Shown in pieces: positions 18,054 to 28,870 of a stretch of 32,045 nucleotides of DNA (the first letter of the stretch is position 1; the number at the start of each line of letters is the position of its first letter). Location: positions 1-32,045 of the forward strand of contig CAYJCB010000010.1 in the NCBI GenBank assembly GCA_964368615.1. The letters run 5' to 3'. The notes under the pieces were generated by a model. The model did no database searches. It had not been told where the DNA came from and saw only the letters and a program-made list of their open reading frames with translations. A program made the position numbers and the translations under genes. The DNA comes from an uncultured Halomonadaceae bacterium. GTDB lineage: Bacteria > Pseudomonadota > Gammaproteobacteria > Pseudomonadales > Halomonadaceae.

Positions 18054-18689
18054 TTATTCTTGAATCACATCAACATTGGCAGGTATTTTAAATTCAAAAA
18101 CCTGCTTATCTAGCGGCTGATTAAATTGTGTAATGGTTAAATCGACCCGCGTTTTTTGCCCCAAGCTGTCTTCAAGCTGCAAGGCGCTGATTTTGCCTTC
18201 TATAAAATGCAAATTTAACGCTTCAAACAAACTGTCTTGTTCAATCGGCACCAAGTTAAACACCACCTGCTTGCCTTGGGTGCTAACACTAACCTTAAAG
18301 TGTTTCGTTAAATCGCTGGCTTCACCGGCTAGAATAATCGCAGGGCTTTTCGCTGCGCGTTCATCTAAGGTTTGAATCGTAACCTGTTCTAAATCTGGGT
18401 CATAAACCCATAACTTAGTACCGTTAGACACCAAAACTTGCGGGTAAGGTTGTTCCGTACTCCAATAAAAACGCCCCGGTTTTGCCAAACGCATCGTGCC
18501 TTGCGCTTCTTGCAGCCGCTGCCCACGCGCATCAAGGGTTAGCTGTTGAAAATTACCTTCTAGCGTTTGCATGGTTTGCAAGTAACCTTGTAACTTTTTA
18601 GCAGCATCTTCTGTTTTTTCAGCCTTAGCAGCTAATAAACCACTGCTTACTAACAGCAGCACAAGTGCTAGGCTTATTTTTTTTAACAT
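18054..18689 (-). CDS. lolA: Outer-membrane lipoprotein chaperone LolA
   Basis: Signal peptide, KPGRFYW, P..QVLVSNG..LWVYDPDLEQV, DSLGQ, F.F..P..VDVI; lies between ftsK and rarA. Confidence 0.94.
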   Translation of the reverse strand: MLKKISLALVLLLVSSGLLAAKAEKTEDAAKKLQGYLQTMQTLEGNFQQLTLDARGQRLQEAQGTMRLAKPGRFYWSTEQPYPQVLVSNGTKLWVYDPDLEQVTIQTLDERAAKSPAIILAGEASDLTKHFKVSVSTQGKQVVFNLVPIEQDSLFEALNLHFIEGKISALQLEDSLGQKTRVDLTITQFNQPLDKQVFEFKIPANVDVIQE

Positions 18690-18691
18690 GG

Positions 18692-19627
18692 TTATTCCTT
18701 ATAGGTATTTGATGGTGTGGAAGACAAAGAACTTAACAACCGGCGTTGCCCATTGGGTTGTAGCGAAGAAATTAAACCTTTTTTTTCCATGCGTTCAATT
18801 AAGCCAGCAGCCGTGTCGTAATCTAATTCAAAGTGCCTTTGTAAAGCAGAAACAGAAGCGCGATGGCTTTCAAACACAAACGTTAAAGCAGCAGCATACA
18901 GCCGATCTTGGGCTAATTTTTTTTCTAAGGCGAATGAAGGCTTTAAAGCTGGCTTGTTTTCTGAATCTGAGTCTGAAACAAAACTACTTTTCATTGGCGA
19001 TGGTGCAGGCATATCAGGCGAATCTGCCAAGCTAAAACCGCCAAAAAATTTGGCAACCCTTTGTAGTTGTTCAACAATAAAATAACCAATTTCATCTATA
19101 ACAGCTAACCAAGACCAGCCAGTCACCAAAGATAAGCCCGCCAAAAAACAGCCTATAAAAAATAAATTAGCACCTAAATCACCCAATAGCGGCTTGGCTA
19201 AAATAGCCAGACTTTCGCCTAAAATACCGCCAGCACCATAAGGCAGCTGGGGTGCAAACGAATGACCCGCAGCAATGGCGGTAGTGGCAATAAAAAGCAA
19301 CACAAAACCTAAACTACGGATTGAAGGAATAAATGGGTTCCAGTTGGCTTGTCGCCAAGGGCGGTAAAATAGCTGCACTGCAAGGTAAATAAGTGCCGCA
19401 ACGAATAACCAAGCAGCCACACCGGCTAACGAGAAAAGAAAATCGGCTAACCAAGAACCTGCTAAGCCAGTTAAATTATTAGTAATCGGCAAGCTAACGC
19501 CATTCCAACCTGAATCGCTGGGGTGAAAACTAAACAGCGCCAGCAACAAGAGTAAAGCCGCCAACAACAGCACTAAAACACTGGCTTCGTGCAGCACTTT
19601 TATTAACTTAATCGAAAGTTGAAGCAT
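18692..19627 (-). CDS. ftsK: Motor-less FtsK: FtsK 4TM domain fused to gamma domain, no ATPase
   Basis: 4TM hallmarks (LFSFHPSDSGW, N.TG.AG.WLAD, GAGGILG, LVTGWSWL). Gamma domain DRLY..A..FV....RASVSALQR...LIERME..G.IS...NG.R from about residue 241. No Walker A/B. Canonical position upstream of lolA-rarA. Confidence 0.85.
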   Translation of the reverse strand: MLQLSIKLIKVLHEASVLVLLLAALLLLLALFSFHPSDSGWNGVSLPITNNLTGLAGSWLADFLFSLAGVAAWLFVAALIYLAVQLFYRPWRQANWNPFIPSIRSLGFVLLFIATTAIAAGHSFAPQLPYGAGGILGESLAILAKPLLGDLGANLFFIGCFLAGLSLVTGWSWLAVIDEIGYFIVEQLQRVAKFFGGFSLADSPDMPAPSPMKSSFVSDSDSENKPALKPSFALEKKLAQDRLYAAALTFVFESHRASVSALQRHFELDYDTAAGLIERMEKKGLISSLQPNGQRRLLSSLSSTPSNTYKE

Positions 19628-19727
19628 GATTAAAAAAACCTACGGCTTGTTGCCAAGTGATATGAAGTCTTATGATAGTGTTTTTCTTAACGATTTTTCT
19701 ATTATATAACAGCCTACAGGGTCATTC

Positions 19728-20399
19728 ATGCTTGAAATCTGGCAACTCGATAATGCGCTCTGGTTTCCTTCGCCTAACCTAGCCTTAACAGACCCCAATG
19801 GATTGCTGGCTTTTGGTGGCGATTTATCGGCTGAACGCCTGTTGCTGGCTTATCAGCAGGGTATTTTCCCTTGGTTTAACGAAGGTGAACCGCCACTTTG
19901 GTGGTCGCCTGCGCCACGTATGGTACTTTATCCAGCCGATATTAAAATTAGTCGCAGTTTAAATAAACGCTTAAAGCGTGATGAATTTCAAATAAGCTTT
20001 GATACCTGCTTTGCAGAAGTGATTAACCAGTGCGCCATTTCACGCCAAGCCACTACTGGCACTTGGATTACCGCAGACATGCAAACCGCTTACACCCAGC
20101 TGCACCAACAAGGTTACGCGCATTCGGTGGAAGTTTGGCAAAATGGACAGTTGGTGGGTGGTTTATATGGCCTAGCTTTAGGTGGGGTATTTTTTGGTGA
20201 ATCCATGTTTAGCCAAGTTACCGATGCCTCTAAAGTGGCGTTGGTAAAATTAAGCCAACACTTACAGCAGCAGGGTTTTAGCTTAATTGACTGCCAAGTA
20301 TACACACCGCATTTAGCCAGTTTAGGCGCAGCAGAAATTAGCCGTGAACTTTTCTTACAAACATTGGCTGAAGCCACAGCTGCTAAAATCAATTTTTAA
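19728..20399 (+). CDS. aat: Leucyl/phenylalanyl-tRNA-protein transferase
   Basis: PNGLLAFGGDL, AYQQGIFPW, WWSP.PR, AHSVEVW, FFGESMFS, DASKVAL, IDCQ. Confidence 0.96.
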   Translation: MLEIWQLDNALWFPSPNLALTDPNGLLAFGGDLSAERLLLAYQQGIFPWFNEGEPPLWWSPAPRMVLYPADIKISRSLNKRLKRDEFQISFDTCFAEVINQCAISRQATTGTWITADMQTAYTQLHQQGYAHSVEVWQNGQLVGGLYGLALGGVFFGESMFSQVTDASKVALVKLSQHLQQQGFSLIDCQVYTPHLASLGAAEISRELFLQTLAEATAAKINF

Positions 20400-20413
20400 G
20401 GAGATATTGGCGA

Positions 20414-21148
20414 ATGAACACCCTTAACTCACCAGCCGTTGCGCTAAGGTTTTACCAAACGCTGCCCCATGCTTGCAGTTATTTAGACGACCAAGAAGCT
20501 TCCACCCTATTTTTAGACCCACAACAAACCGTCACCGCAGAAATTTATGATGCCTTAACCCAGCTAGGTTTTCGGCGCAGCGGTCAGCATTTGTACCGCC
20601 CACAGTGCGATGCTTGCAATGCCTGCCAATCGGTGCGAGTTAGGGTGGCAGATTTTAAGCCTTCGCGCCAACAAAACCGTGCCTTTAAGCGCAATCAAGA
20701 TTTAAGTTGGAAACTAGTACCCACTGATTTTAACCAAGAACACTACCAACTTTACGAGCGTTATTTAAACAGCCGTCATGCCGATGGCGACATGTACCCA
20801 CCCAGTGAAGAGCAATTTAAAAACTTTTTATTAGTGAATCAACGCTGGTCTAATCTGGTTGAATTTCGTGACCCTGACGGCAAGCTAGTAGCAGTAGCAG
20901 CGGTCGACCAACTGCAAGATGGCTTGTCTGCCATCTATACTTTTTTTGATCCTGAAGAAAAAAACCGCAGCTTGGGTGTTTTTGCTATACTCTGGCAACT
21001 AAAACAAGCTAGCGTTATGCAACTACCCTATGTTTATTTAGGTTATTGGATTAAAGCTTGTCGAAAAATGAACTACAAACAAGACTATCAGCCACTAGAA
21101 ATACTTAATAAACAAGTGTGGCAGCCCTTCAACGAAGACTTAAGTTAG
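20414..21148 (+). CDS. ate: ATE-family aminoacyl-tRNA-protein transferase (Bpt-like)
   Basis: HACSYL, GFRRSG..LYRPQC..C..C, SAIYTFFDP, RSLG, YLGYWI..C.KM.YK. Confidence 0.93.
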   Translation: MNTLNSPAVALRFYQTLPHACSYLDDQEASTLFLDPQQTVTAEIYDALTQLGFRRSGQHLYRPQCDACNACQSVRVRVADFKPSRQQNRAFKRNQDLSWKLVPTDFNQEHYQLYERYLNSRHADGDMYPPSEEQFKNFLLVNQRWSNLVEFRDPDGKLVAVAAVDQLQDGLSAIYTFFDPEEKNRSLGVFAILWQLKQASVMQLPYVYLGYWIKACRKMNYKQDYQPLEILNKQVWQPFNEDLS

Positions 21149-21243
21149 TTCGCTGTTATTTCACTTTTCCGCTTTTTTTTGCTCTTTTTGAAAAAATGAG
21201 GCAAAATGCACGCGGTTTTTTCTAAATAAGGGGTTTATGCCGA

Positions 21244-21462
21244 ATGGCAAAAGAAGATCATATTGAAATGGAAGGTGTTGTAGTCGACACTTTACCTAAT
21301 ACCATGTTCCGTGTAGAACTGGAAAACGGTCACGTTTTGACTGCTCACATTTCTGGCAAGATGCGTAAAAACTATATCCGCATTCTTACTGGCGATAAGG
21401 TTAAAGTTGAGTTGTCACCTTACGACCTTACCAAGGGCCGTATTACTTACCGCGCTCGCTAA
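21244..21462 (+). CDS. infA: Translation initiation factor IF-1
   Basis: 72-aa [11 protein letters not shown]...[14 protein letters not shown]...[12 protein letters not shown]. Confidence 0.98.
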   Translation: MAKEDHIEMEGVVVDTLPNTMFRVELENGHVLTAHISGKMRKNYIRILTGDKVKVELSPYDLTKGRITYRAR

Positions 21463-21568
21463 TTTTTATCGACCGGCCCCAAAGCCGGTTTAGAAGCACT
21501 TACTTTAAAGGCAATTCCTTTTGCCATTAAGTAGATTTGTGCTTTAAGTACACTTGTACATCAGACGC

Positions 21569-23896
21569 TTAAATAGCGTCTTTTTCTGTCGCTTCAATAT
21601 CTACAGCTTCAATGTCTAAAGCCGCAACCTCTAAGGCTTCAAGAACAGCCGCTTCAAACTTCAACTGCAAGCCTTTTTTGTTAGCAGTAATATGCACCGT
21701 GCCGCCTTGGTGCGATAATTCGCCAAACAAAATCGCTTCCGCCATGGGCTTTTTAATCTGCTCTTGAATTAAACGTGCCATAGGCCTAGCACCCATTGCC
21801 TCGTCATAACCTTCTTCGGCTAACCAAGCACGGGCTTTTTTATCAACTTCTAACACCACACGCTTGCTGTCTAGCTGCGCTTGCAACTCAACCAAGAACT
21901 TATCCACGACGTTTTTAATCACTTCAATATCCAAGGAATTGAACTGAATAATCGTGTCTATCCGGTTACGAAACTCGGGCGTAAACAGTTTACGAATGGC
22001 TTCCATACCATCAGTTGCATGATTTTGCTCTTGGAAACCAATCGAACGGCGGCTAGTTGCTTCAGCGCCAGCGTTAGTGGTCATCACCAAAATCACGTTA
22101 CGAAAATCTGCTTTACGACCGTTATTATCGGTTAACGAGCCGTGATCCATCACCTGCAACAGCAGGTTAAAGACTTCTGGGTGGGCTTTTTCAATTTCAT
22201 CTAACAGCAGCACACAATGCGGATTTTTAGTAACGGCTTCGGTTAACAAGCCACCTTGGTCAAAACCTACATAGCCCGGCGGTGCACCAATTAAGCGTGA
22301 AACCGTGTGCCTTTCCATGTATTCCGACATATCAAAGCGCACTAGCTCTATGCCTAAAGTACGCGCCAGCTGTTTAGTGACTTCTGTTTTACCAACACCA
22401 GTAGGCCCTGCAAACAAGAAACTACCAATCGGCTTTTCAGGCGATTTTAAACCGGCGCGTGATAACTTAATCGCATTTGCCAAAGCCTCAATGCCTTCGT
22501 CTTGCCCAAACACCAACATTTTTAAGTCGCGTTCAACATTACGCAGCACTTCTTTGTCGTTGGTTGAAACCGTTGCAGGTGGAATACGTGCAATTTTAGC
22601 CACTATCGCTTCAATTTCAGCCACACCTATCACCTTAACGCGCTTGCCTTCAGGCAAAAGCTGCTGGTAAGCACCGGCTTCATCAACCACATCAATGGCT
22701 TTGTCGGGCAAGAAGCGATCATTAATGTAACGTTCAGCTAAACGCGCTGCAGTTTCTAGGGCGTGGTCGTCGTAACGCAGTTTATGGTGGTCTTCAAAAC
22801 GGCTTTTTAGCCCTTTCAAAATTGCGATGGTGTCTTCAACACTGGGTTCAAGCACATCAATTTTTTGGAAGCGACGCGCTAAAGCACGGTCTTTTTCAAA
22901 AATACCACGAAACTCTTGGAAAGTAGTCGAACCAATGCAGCGTAAATCACCGCTCGACAACATCGGCTTTAGCAGGTTAGAAGCGTCCATCACACCGCCA
23001 GAAGCAGCGCCAGCACCAATAATGGTATGAATTTCATCAATAAATAAAATTGAACGTGGGTCTTTTTTCAACTCACTTAATAAAGCTTTTAAGCGTTTTT
23101 CAAAATCACCACGGTATTTAGTGCCTGCCAATAAAGCGCCTAAATCTAGGGAATAAACAATCGCATCGGCAATGACTTCCGGCACTTCGCCATCAACAAT
23201 GCGCTTGGCTAAACCCTCTGCAACGGCGGTTTTACCGACACCGGCTTCACCCACTAGCAGCGGATTGTTTTTGCGCCGTCTGGCTAACACCTGCACCAAG
23301 CGTTCAACTTCGTGTTCACGACCAATCAGCGGATCAATTTTTCCGGCTTCTGCCAGAGCGTTTAAGTTAGTCGCAAAGCTGTGCAGCGGATGATTACTCA
23401 TCGCCTCGGCTTCTGCTGACTCTTGACCAAAACCGCTTTCAGCAGCCGTTGAGTCATCAGCAATTTTAGAAATGCCATGCGACATAAAATTAACCACATC
23501 GACACGCGCAATGTCTTGTTCTTTAAGAAAATACACCGCTTGGCTTTCTTGTTCGCTAAAAATGGCAACCAAGATATTAGCGCCGTTTACTTCACTTTTA
23601 CCCGATGACTGCACATGGAAAACAGCCCGTTGCAACACCCGTTGAAAGCCCAAAGTTGGCTGGGTTTCACGCTCTCTAGCGCCATCAGGAATCACTGGCG
23701 TAGTGGCTTCAATAAAGTCAAAAAGTTCTTTACGCAGACTAGCTAAATCTGCACTACAGGCTTTTAACACCTGTGCCGCAGCACTATTGTCTAACAAAGC
23801 CAACAATAGATGCTCTACGGTCATAAATTCATGGCGCTGTCGCCTTGCTAGGGTGAACGCCTCATTCAGCGTCTGTTCAAGATCTTTGCTAAGCAT
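21569..23896 (-). CDS. clpA: ATP-dependent Clp protease ATP-binding subunit ClpA
   Basis: [23 protein letters not shown], two Walker A motifs ([16 protein letters not shown]), IGF loop, GAPPGYVG. Confidence 0.97.
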   Translation of the reverse strand: MLSKDLEQTLNEAFTLARRQRHEFMTVEHLLLALLDNSAAAQVLKACSADLASLRKELFDFIEATTPVIPDGARERETQPTLGFQRVLQRAVFHVQSSGKSEVNGANILVAIFSEQESQAVYFLKEQDIARVDVVNFMSHGISKIADDSTAAESGFGQESAEAEAMSNHPLHSFATNLNALAEAGKIDPLIGREHEVERLVQVLARRRKNNPLLVGEAGVGKTAVAEGLAKRIVDGEVPEVIADAIVYSLDLGALLAGTKYRGDFEKRLKALLSELKKDPRSILFIDEIHTIIGAGAASGGVMDASNLLKPMLSSGDLRCIGSTTFQEFRGIFEKDRALARRFQKIDVLEPSVEDTIAILKGLKSRFEDHHKLRYDDHALETAARLAERYINDRFLPDKAIDVVDEAGAYQQLLPEGKRVKVIGVAEIEAIVAKIARIPPATVSTNDKEVLRNVERDLKMLVFGQDEGIEALANAIKLSRAGLKSPEKPIGSFLFAGPTGVGKTEVTKQLARTLGIELVRFDMSEYMERHTVSRLIGAPPGYVGFDQGGLLTEAVTKNPHCVLLLDEIEKAHPEVFNLLLQVMDHGSLTDNNGRKADFRNVILVMTTNAGAEATSRRSIGFQEQNHATDGMEAIRKLFTPEFRNRIDTIIQFNSLDIEVIKNVVDKFLVELQAQLDSKRVVLEVDKKARAWLAEEGYDEAMGARPMARLIQEQIKKPMAEAILFGELSHQGGTVHITANKKGLQLKFEAAVLEALEVAALDIEAVDIEATEKDAI
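21591..21660. repeat. Degenerate 15-bp tandem repeat in the clpA 3' end
   Basis: Units start at 21591, 21606, 21621, 21636 and 21651 (GCTTCAATATCTACA / GCTTCAATGTCTAAA / GCCGCAACCTCTAAG / GCTTCAAGAACAGCC / GCTTCAAACT). Confidence 0.7.
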
Positions 23897-23967
23897 GCGC
23901 CTACCCTCACTTACTTGACTGAAAATCCGTTATAATCGACTTTTGTTATAACCTAATTAAGGTGTTT

Positions 23968-24315
23968 TTACTCTGCTACTTCAACATTACACCTAAGTGG
24001 GTGTTCGTTTTCTTGTGCAAATTCCATCACTAATGCCGCTTTGGTTTCTGCAACGTCGCGGGTGAATATACCGCAAACCGCCCGACCTTGCGTATGGACA
24101 GTTAACATCACTTGTGCAGCTTTTTCAGCGTCCATATAAAAGAAAGAGATTAGTACTTCTACCACAAACTCCATCGGCGTAAAGTCATCGTTTAGCATAA
24201 TAACCTTATACTTAGGCGGTTGTTTAAGCTTAGGTTTAGCTGCTGCTGTGGCTAAATCACCGTCTAATTCACTACCCAAATCACTTAACCCACCGTCTTG
24301 CCCATCTTCATTCAA
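23968..24315 (-). CDS. clpS: Clp protease adaptor ClpS
   Basis: [37 protein letters not shown] start with GAGGG upstream; an in-frame stop just upstream excludes an earlier start. Confidence 0.95.
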   Translation of the reverse strand: MNEDGQDGGLSDLGSELDGDLATAAAKPKLKQPPKYKVIMLNDDFTPMEFVVEVLISFFYMDAEKAAQVMLTVHTQGRAVCGIFTRDVAETKAALVMEFAQENEHPLRCNVEVAE

Positions 24316-24339
24316 AGCCTAACCCTCTTGCTTAATTCC

Positions 24340-24374
24340 CTAACTAAACCAGCTAACTAAACCGGCTAACTAAA
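24340..24374. repeat. 13-bp tandem repeat (about 2.7 copies) upstream of clpS
   Basis: CTAACTAAACCAG-CTAACTAAACCGG-CTAACTAAA. Confidence 0.85.
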
Positions 24375-24527
24375 TGCGCCTTCTATTAGAAATAGGGATG
24401 ATTGAGTAAAATCACAAGCTATCTGGGCAAATAAACTGCTTGCCGCTACTACTTGTGCCGCCTAAAGGCTAAAATGCTGCCATTAAACTATTGCAGTTAA
24501 ACTTTTTACACTGGTATCGAGACATTA

Positions 24528-25133
24528 ATGAGTGACCTTTATTTATTTTACAAGCCTTGGCAGGTACTATCGCAGTTTACTGACGACAAAGGCCGTAGCA
24601 CCTTGGCAGACTTTATCAAAACCGAAGGCATTTATCCTGCTGGGCGTTTAGATTATGACTCAGAAGGCTTGCTGCTGCTAACCGATGACGGCGAATTACA
24701 AGCGCGTATTACCCAGCCTGAATTTAAATTACCCAAAACCTATTGGGTACAAGTTGAAGGGCAAATTACTGATGCAGCCTTACAGGCGCTAAGTAATGGC
24801 GTTGAACTTAATGATGGCAAAACCCGCCCAGCACGCGCTCGTCACATGCAAGAACCTAAACTACAGCCACGCGCTGAACCCGTTAATCCGCGTCAGGGTT
24901 TAGGGACTAGCTGGTTAGAACTTACAATTTTAGAAGGCCGTAATCGCCAAGTTAGGCGCATGACTGCCCACGTTGGCTTTCCAACCTTGCGTTTAGTGCG
25001 TTGGTCAATTGGTAACTGGACGCTAGACCATATGCGCCCAACCCAAATGAAAAAAACCCAAATACACTTGCCTACTAAACAACACAAAGTCACGTTAACG
25101 CCCCGTAAAAAAGGTGTTAAAAAAAATAGTTAA
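24528..25133 (+). CDS. rluE: 23S rRNA pseudouridine synthase RluE
   Basis: [56 protein letters not shown]; upstream of nudJ-mnmA. Confidence 0.9.
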   Translation: MSDLYLFYKPWQVLSQFTDDKGRSTLADFIKTEGIYPAGRLDYDSEGLLLLTDDGELQARITQPEFKLPKTYWVQVEGQITDAALQALSNGVELNDGKTRPARARHMQEPKLQPRAEPVNPRQGLGTSWLELTILEGRNRQVRRMTAHVGFPTLRLVRWSIGNWTLDHMRPTQMKKTQIHLPTKQHKVTLTPRKKGVKKNS

Positions 25134-25143
25134 GGAATAGCGA

Positions 25144-25614
25144 ATGAAACGCTGGACACCTAATTGCACCGTTGCCACACTGGTTCATAACGCAGGTAAG
25201 TTTTTGTTGGTTGAAGAATACGACAAGCTTTCTGCAACCGATCTACCGGTGCTTAACCAACCAGCAGGTCATATAGAAGCTAACGAAAGCCTTGTTGAAG
25301 CAGCGGTGCGCGAAACGTTAGAAGAAACGGGCTGGGTGGTTGAAGTAGAAGCTTATTTAGGCTTATACATTAATGTTGCGCCTGACGGCGTGACTTACCA
25401 CCGCCATTGCTTTATAGCCCGCGCCATTTCAGAGTTGCCCGATGCACAGTTAGACGAAGGCATTATTGCTGCCCACTGGTTAACCCTTGAAGAACTTGAT
25501 GCCGCCGAAGCCGCTGGACGTTTTCGTAGCCCTATGGTTAGGCCTTGTTTTAATGACTATTTAGCAGGTAAATCTTACCCGTTAACGTTAATTCAAGACT
25601 TCCGCGAGCCTTAG
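25144..25614 (+). CDS. nudJ: Nudix hydrolase NudJ-like
   Basis: NQPAGHIEANESLVEAAVRETLEETG Nudix box, RSPMV; immediately upstream of mnmA. Confidence 0.85.
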   Translation: MKRWTPNCTVATLVHNAGKFLLVEEYDKLSATDLPVLNQPAGHIEANESLVEAAVRETLEETGWVVEVEAYLGLYINVAPDGVTYHRHCFIARAISELPDAQLDEGIIAAHWLTLEELDAAEAAGRFRSPMVRPCFNDYLAGKSYPLTLIQDFREP

Positions 25615-25692
25615 TCAGCAATTCACTTAAAAAAGACTGCGCTTGTCATGTATAATCATTCCCCACGATTATTTATTACAGCGGAGTCTTGA

Positions 25693-26814
25693 GTGGCATC
25701 TATTCGCGTTATTGTTGGTATGTCGGGTGGCGTTGATTCTTCCGTTTCAGCCCTATTGCTTTTACAGCAAGGGTATCAGGTGGAAGGCCTGTTTATGAAA
25801 AACTGGGAAGAAGACGACAACACCGAATATTGTACCGCTAAAGAAGATTATGCCGATGCCCAAGCGGTGTGCGATAAGCTAGGCATTAAACTACATGCTG
25901 CTAATTTTGCTGCTGAATATTGGGATAATGTTTTCGAGCATTTTTTAGAAGAATACCAAGCTGGCCGCACGCCCAATCCTGATATTTTATGCAATCGCGA
26001 AATTAAATTTAAAGCCTTTTTAGATTACGCCCGTGTATTGGGTGCTGATTACATTGCAACGGGGCATTATGTAAGGCGCGGTGAAGATGCCGAAGGCAAA
26101 ACCCAATTATTACGCGGCTTAGATAATAACAAAGACCAAAGTTACTTTTTACATGCTGTTGGGCATAAAGAATTGGGTTTAACGCTGTTTCCTGTCGGTG
26201 AATTAGAAAAACCGGAAGTACGCCGTTTAGCCGAAGAACACGATTTAATTACTGCTAAAAAGAAAGATTCCACTGGTATTTGTTTTATTGGTGAACGCCG
26301 TTTTACCGACTTTTTAAAACAATACCTACCTGCCCAGCCCGGTGATTTAATCACTGATAAAGGCGAATTAATTGGGCAACATGCTGGGCTAATGTATTAC
26401 ACCCTAGGTCAACGCCAAGGTTTAGGCATAGGTGGCGTTAAAGGTTATCCAGAAGCACCTTGGTTTGTGGCTGCTAAAGATTTAGTCAATAACAAACTAA
26501 CCGTTGTGCAAGGCGAAGACCACCCGCTGCTATTTACTGACGGGCTGATTTGTTCGTTACCCGATTGGGTAGCTGGCGAACCGCCTGCAACGCATTTTAA
26601 ATGCAGCGGCAAAGTGCGTTACCGCCAAGATGACCAAGCCTGTGATGTAAACGTTTTAGCTGATGGACGCTGCCAAGTCATTTTTGAAAAGCCGCAACGT
26701 GCTGTTACACCTGGGCAATCCATGGTTTTTTACTTAGGCGATGTTTGCTTGGGTGGTGGTGTGATTGAAAGCACCTTTTTAAAAGGACAGCTTAGGAATG
26801 AATCTGCCGTATGA
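25693..26814 (+). CDS. mnmA: tRNA 2-thiouridine(34) synthase MnmA
   Basis: [49 protein letters not shown]; GTG start with GGAG RBS. Confidence 0.97.
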   Translation: MASIRVIVGMSGGVDSSVSALLLLQQGYQVEGLFMKNWEEDDNTEYCTAKEDYADAQAVCDKLGIKLHAANFAAEYWDNVFEHFLEEYQAGRTPNPDILCNREIKFKAFLDYARVLGADYIATGHYVRRGEDAEGKTQLLRGLDNNKDQSYFLHAVGHKELGLTLFPVGELEKPEVRRLAEEHDLITAKKKDSTGICFIGERRFTDFLKQYLPAQPGDLITDKGELIGQHAGLMYYTLGQRQGLGIGGVKGYPEAPWFVAAKDLVNNKLTVVQGEDHPLLFTDGLICSLPDWVAGEPPATHFKCSGKVRYRQDDQACDVNVLADGRCQVIFEKPQRAVTPGQSMVFYLGDVCLGGGVIESTFLKGQLRNESAV

Positions 26815-27434
26815 ATAATTTAGATTATAGCCAACGCCAAACCCTAGCTTTGGCGGGTGTTTTTCAAGCCGCACACCTAGTGCATGAATTGGCAACGCGC
26901 GGCATGGTCGATCAACATACTTTTGAAACCAGCATCAGCTCTATCTTAGTCACCGACCCAGACACAACAGCCGATATTTATAGCGGCGATTTTTCTAACC
27001 TGCGTACTGGTGCTAATACGCTGCGTAAAGTTTTACAAAAAGACGACAGCGTAGATGCTAGCGTTTTACGTTATGCCATGGGCATTTTAGTTTTAAATAC
27101 CAAAGCTGCGAAAAGCCCAGCCATGTTAACGGCTATTGGGCAGCGTTTAGATGCCGTTAAACTACAGGCGCTGCACTTTAATAATACCCACGAAAATGTG
27201 TTGGCTGCCTTAGCCAGTATTTATCAAGATACTTTAAGCACCTTTTCGTTTCGGATACAGGTGCAAGGTAATCCGACTATTTTGCAGCAATCTGGCAATG
27301 CCGACAAAATTCGCGCCCTGCTGCTGGCAGGTATACGTTCGGCAATGCTTTGGTCGCAATCAGGTGGTAAACGCTGGAAGTTGTTATTTTCGCGTAAAAA
27401 AATTCTGCAAGACTTAGATTCTCTGGGCCTTTAA
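26811..27434 (+). CDS. hflD: High-frequency lysogenization protein HflD
   Basis: [20 protein letters not shown]...[27 protein letters not shown]; lies between mnmA and purB. Confidence 0.93.
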   Translation: MNNLDYSQRQTLALAGVFQAAHLVHELATRGMVDQHTFETSISSILVTDPDTTADIYSGDFSNLRTGANTLRKVLQKDDSVDASVLRYAMGILVLNTKAAKSPAMLTAIGQRLDAVKLQALHFNNTHENVLAALASIYQDTLSTFSFRIQVQGNPTILQQSGNADKIRALLLAGIRSAMLWSQSGGKRWKLLFSRKKILQDLDSLGL

Positions 27435-27467
27435 TTCCCATAAAACGTTTTTCTTTCTTTCATTTAA

Positions 27468-28868
<1,401 letters not shown>

Positions 28869-28870
28869 CC

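Noticed and set aside
19697-19712. LexA-box-like sequence between ftsK and aat
   Set aside because: The right half (ACAG) and AT core are present, but there is no CTG at the required distance.
19728-24315. aat-ate-infA-clpA-clpS as a novel system
   Set aside because: This is the well-known N-degron pathway cluster.
24340-24374. Repeats as a CRISPR array
   Set aside because: 13-bp units with no spacers and no cas genes.
25651-25656. Perfect TATAAT upstream of mnmA
   Set aside because: No -35 or TGn extension at the proper spacing, so not enough to call a promoter.
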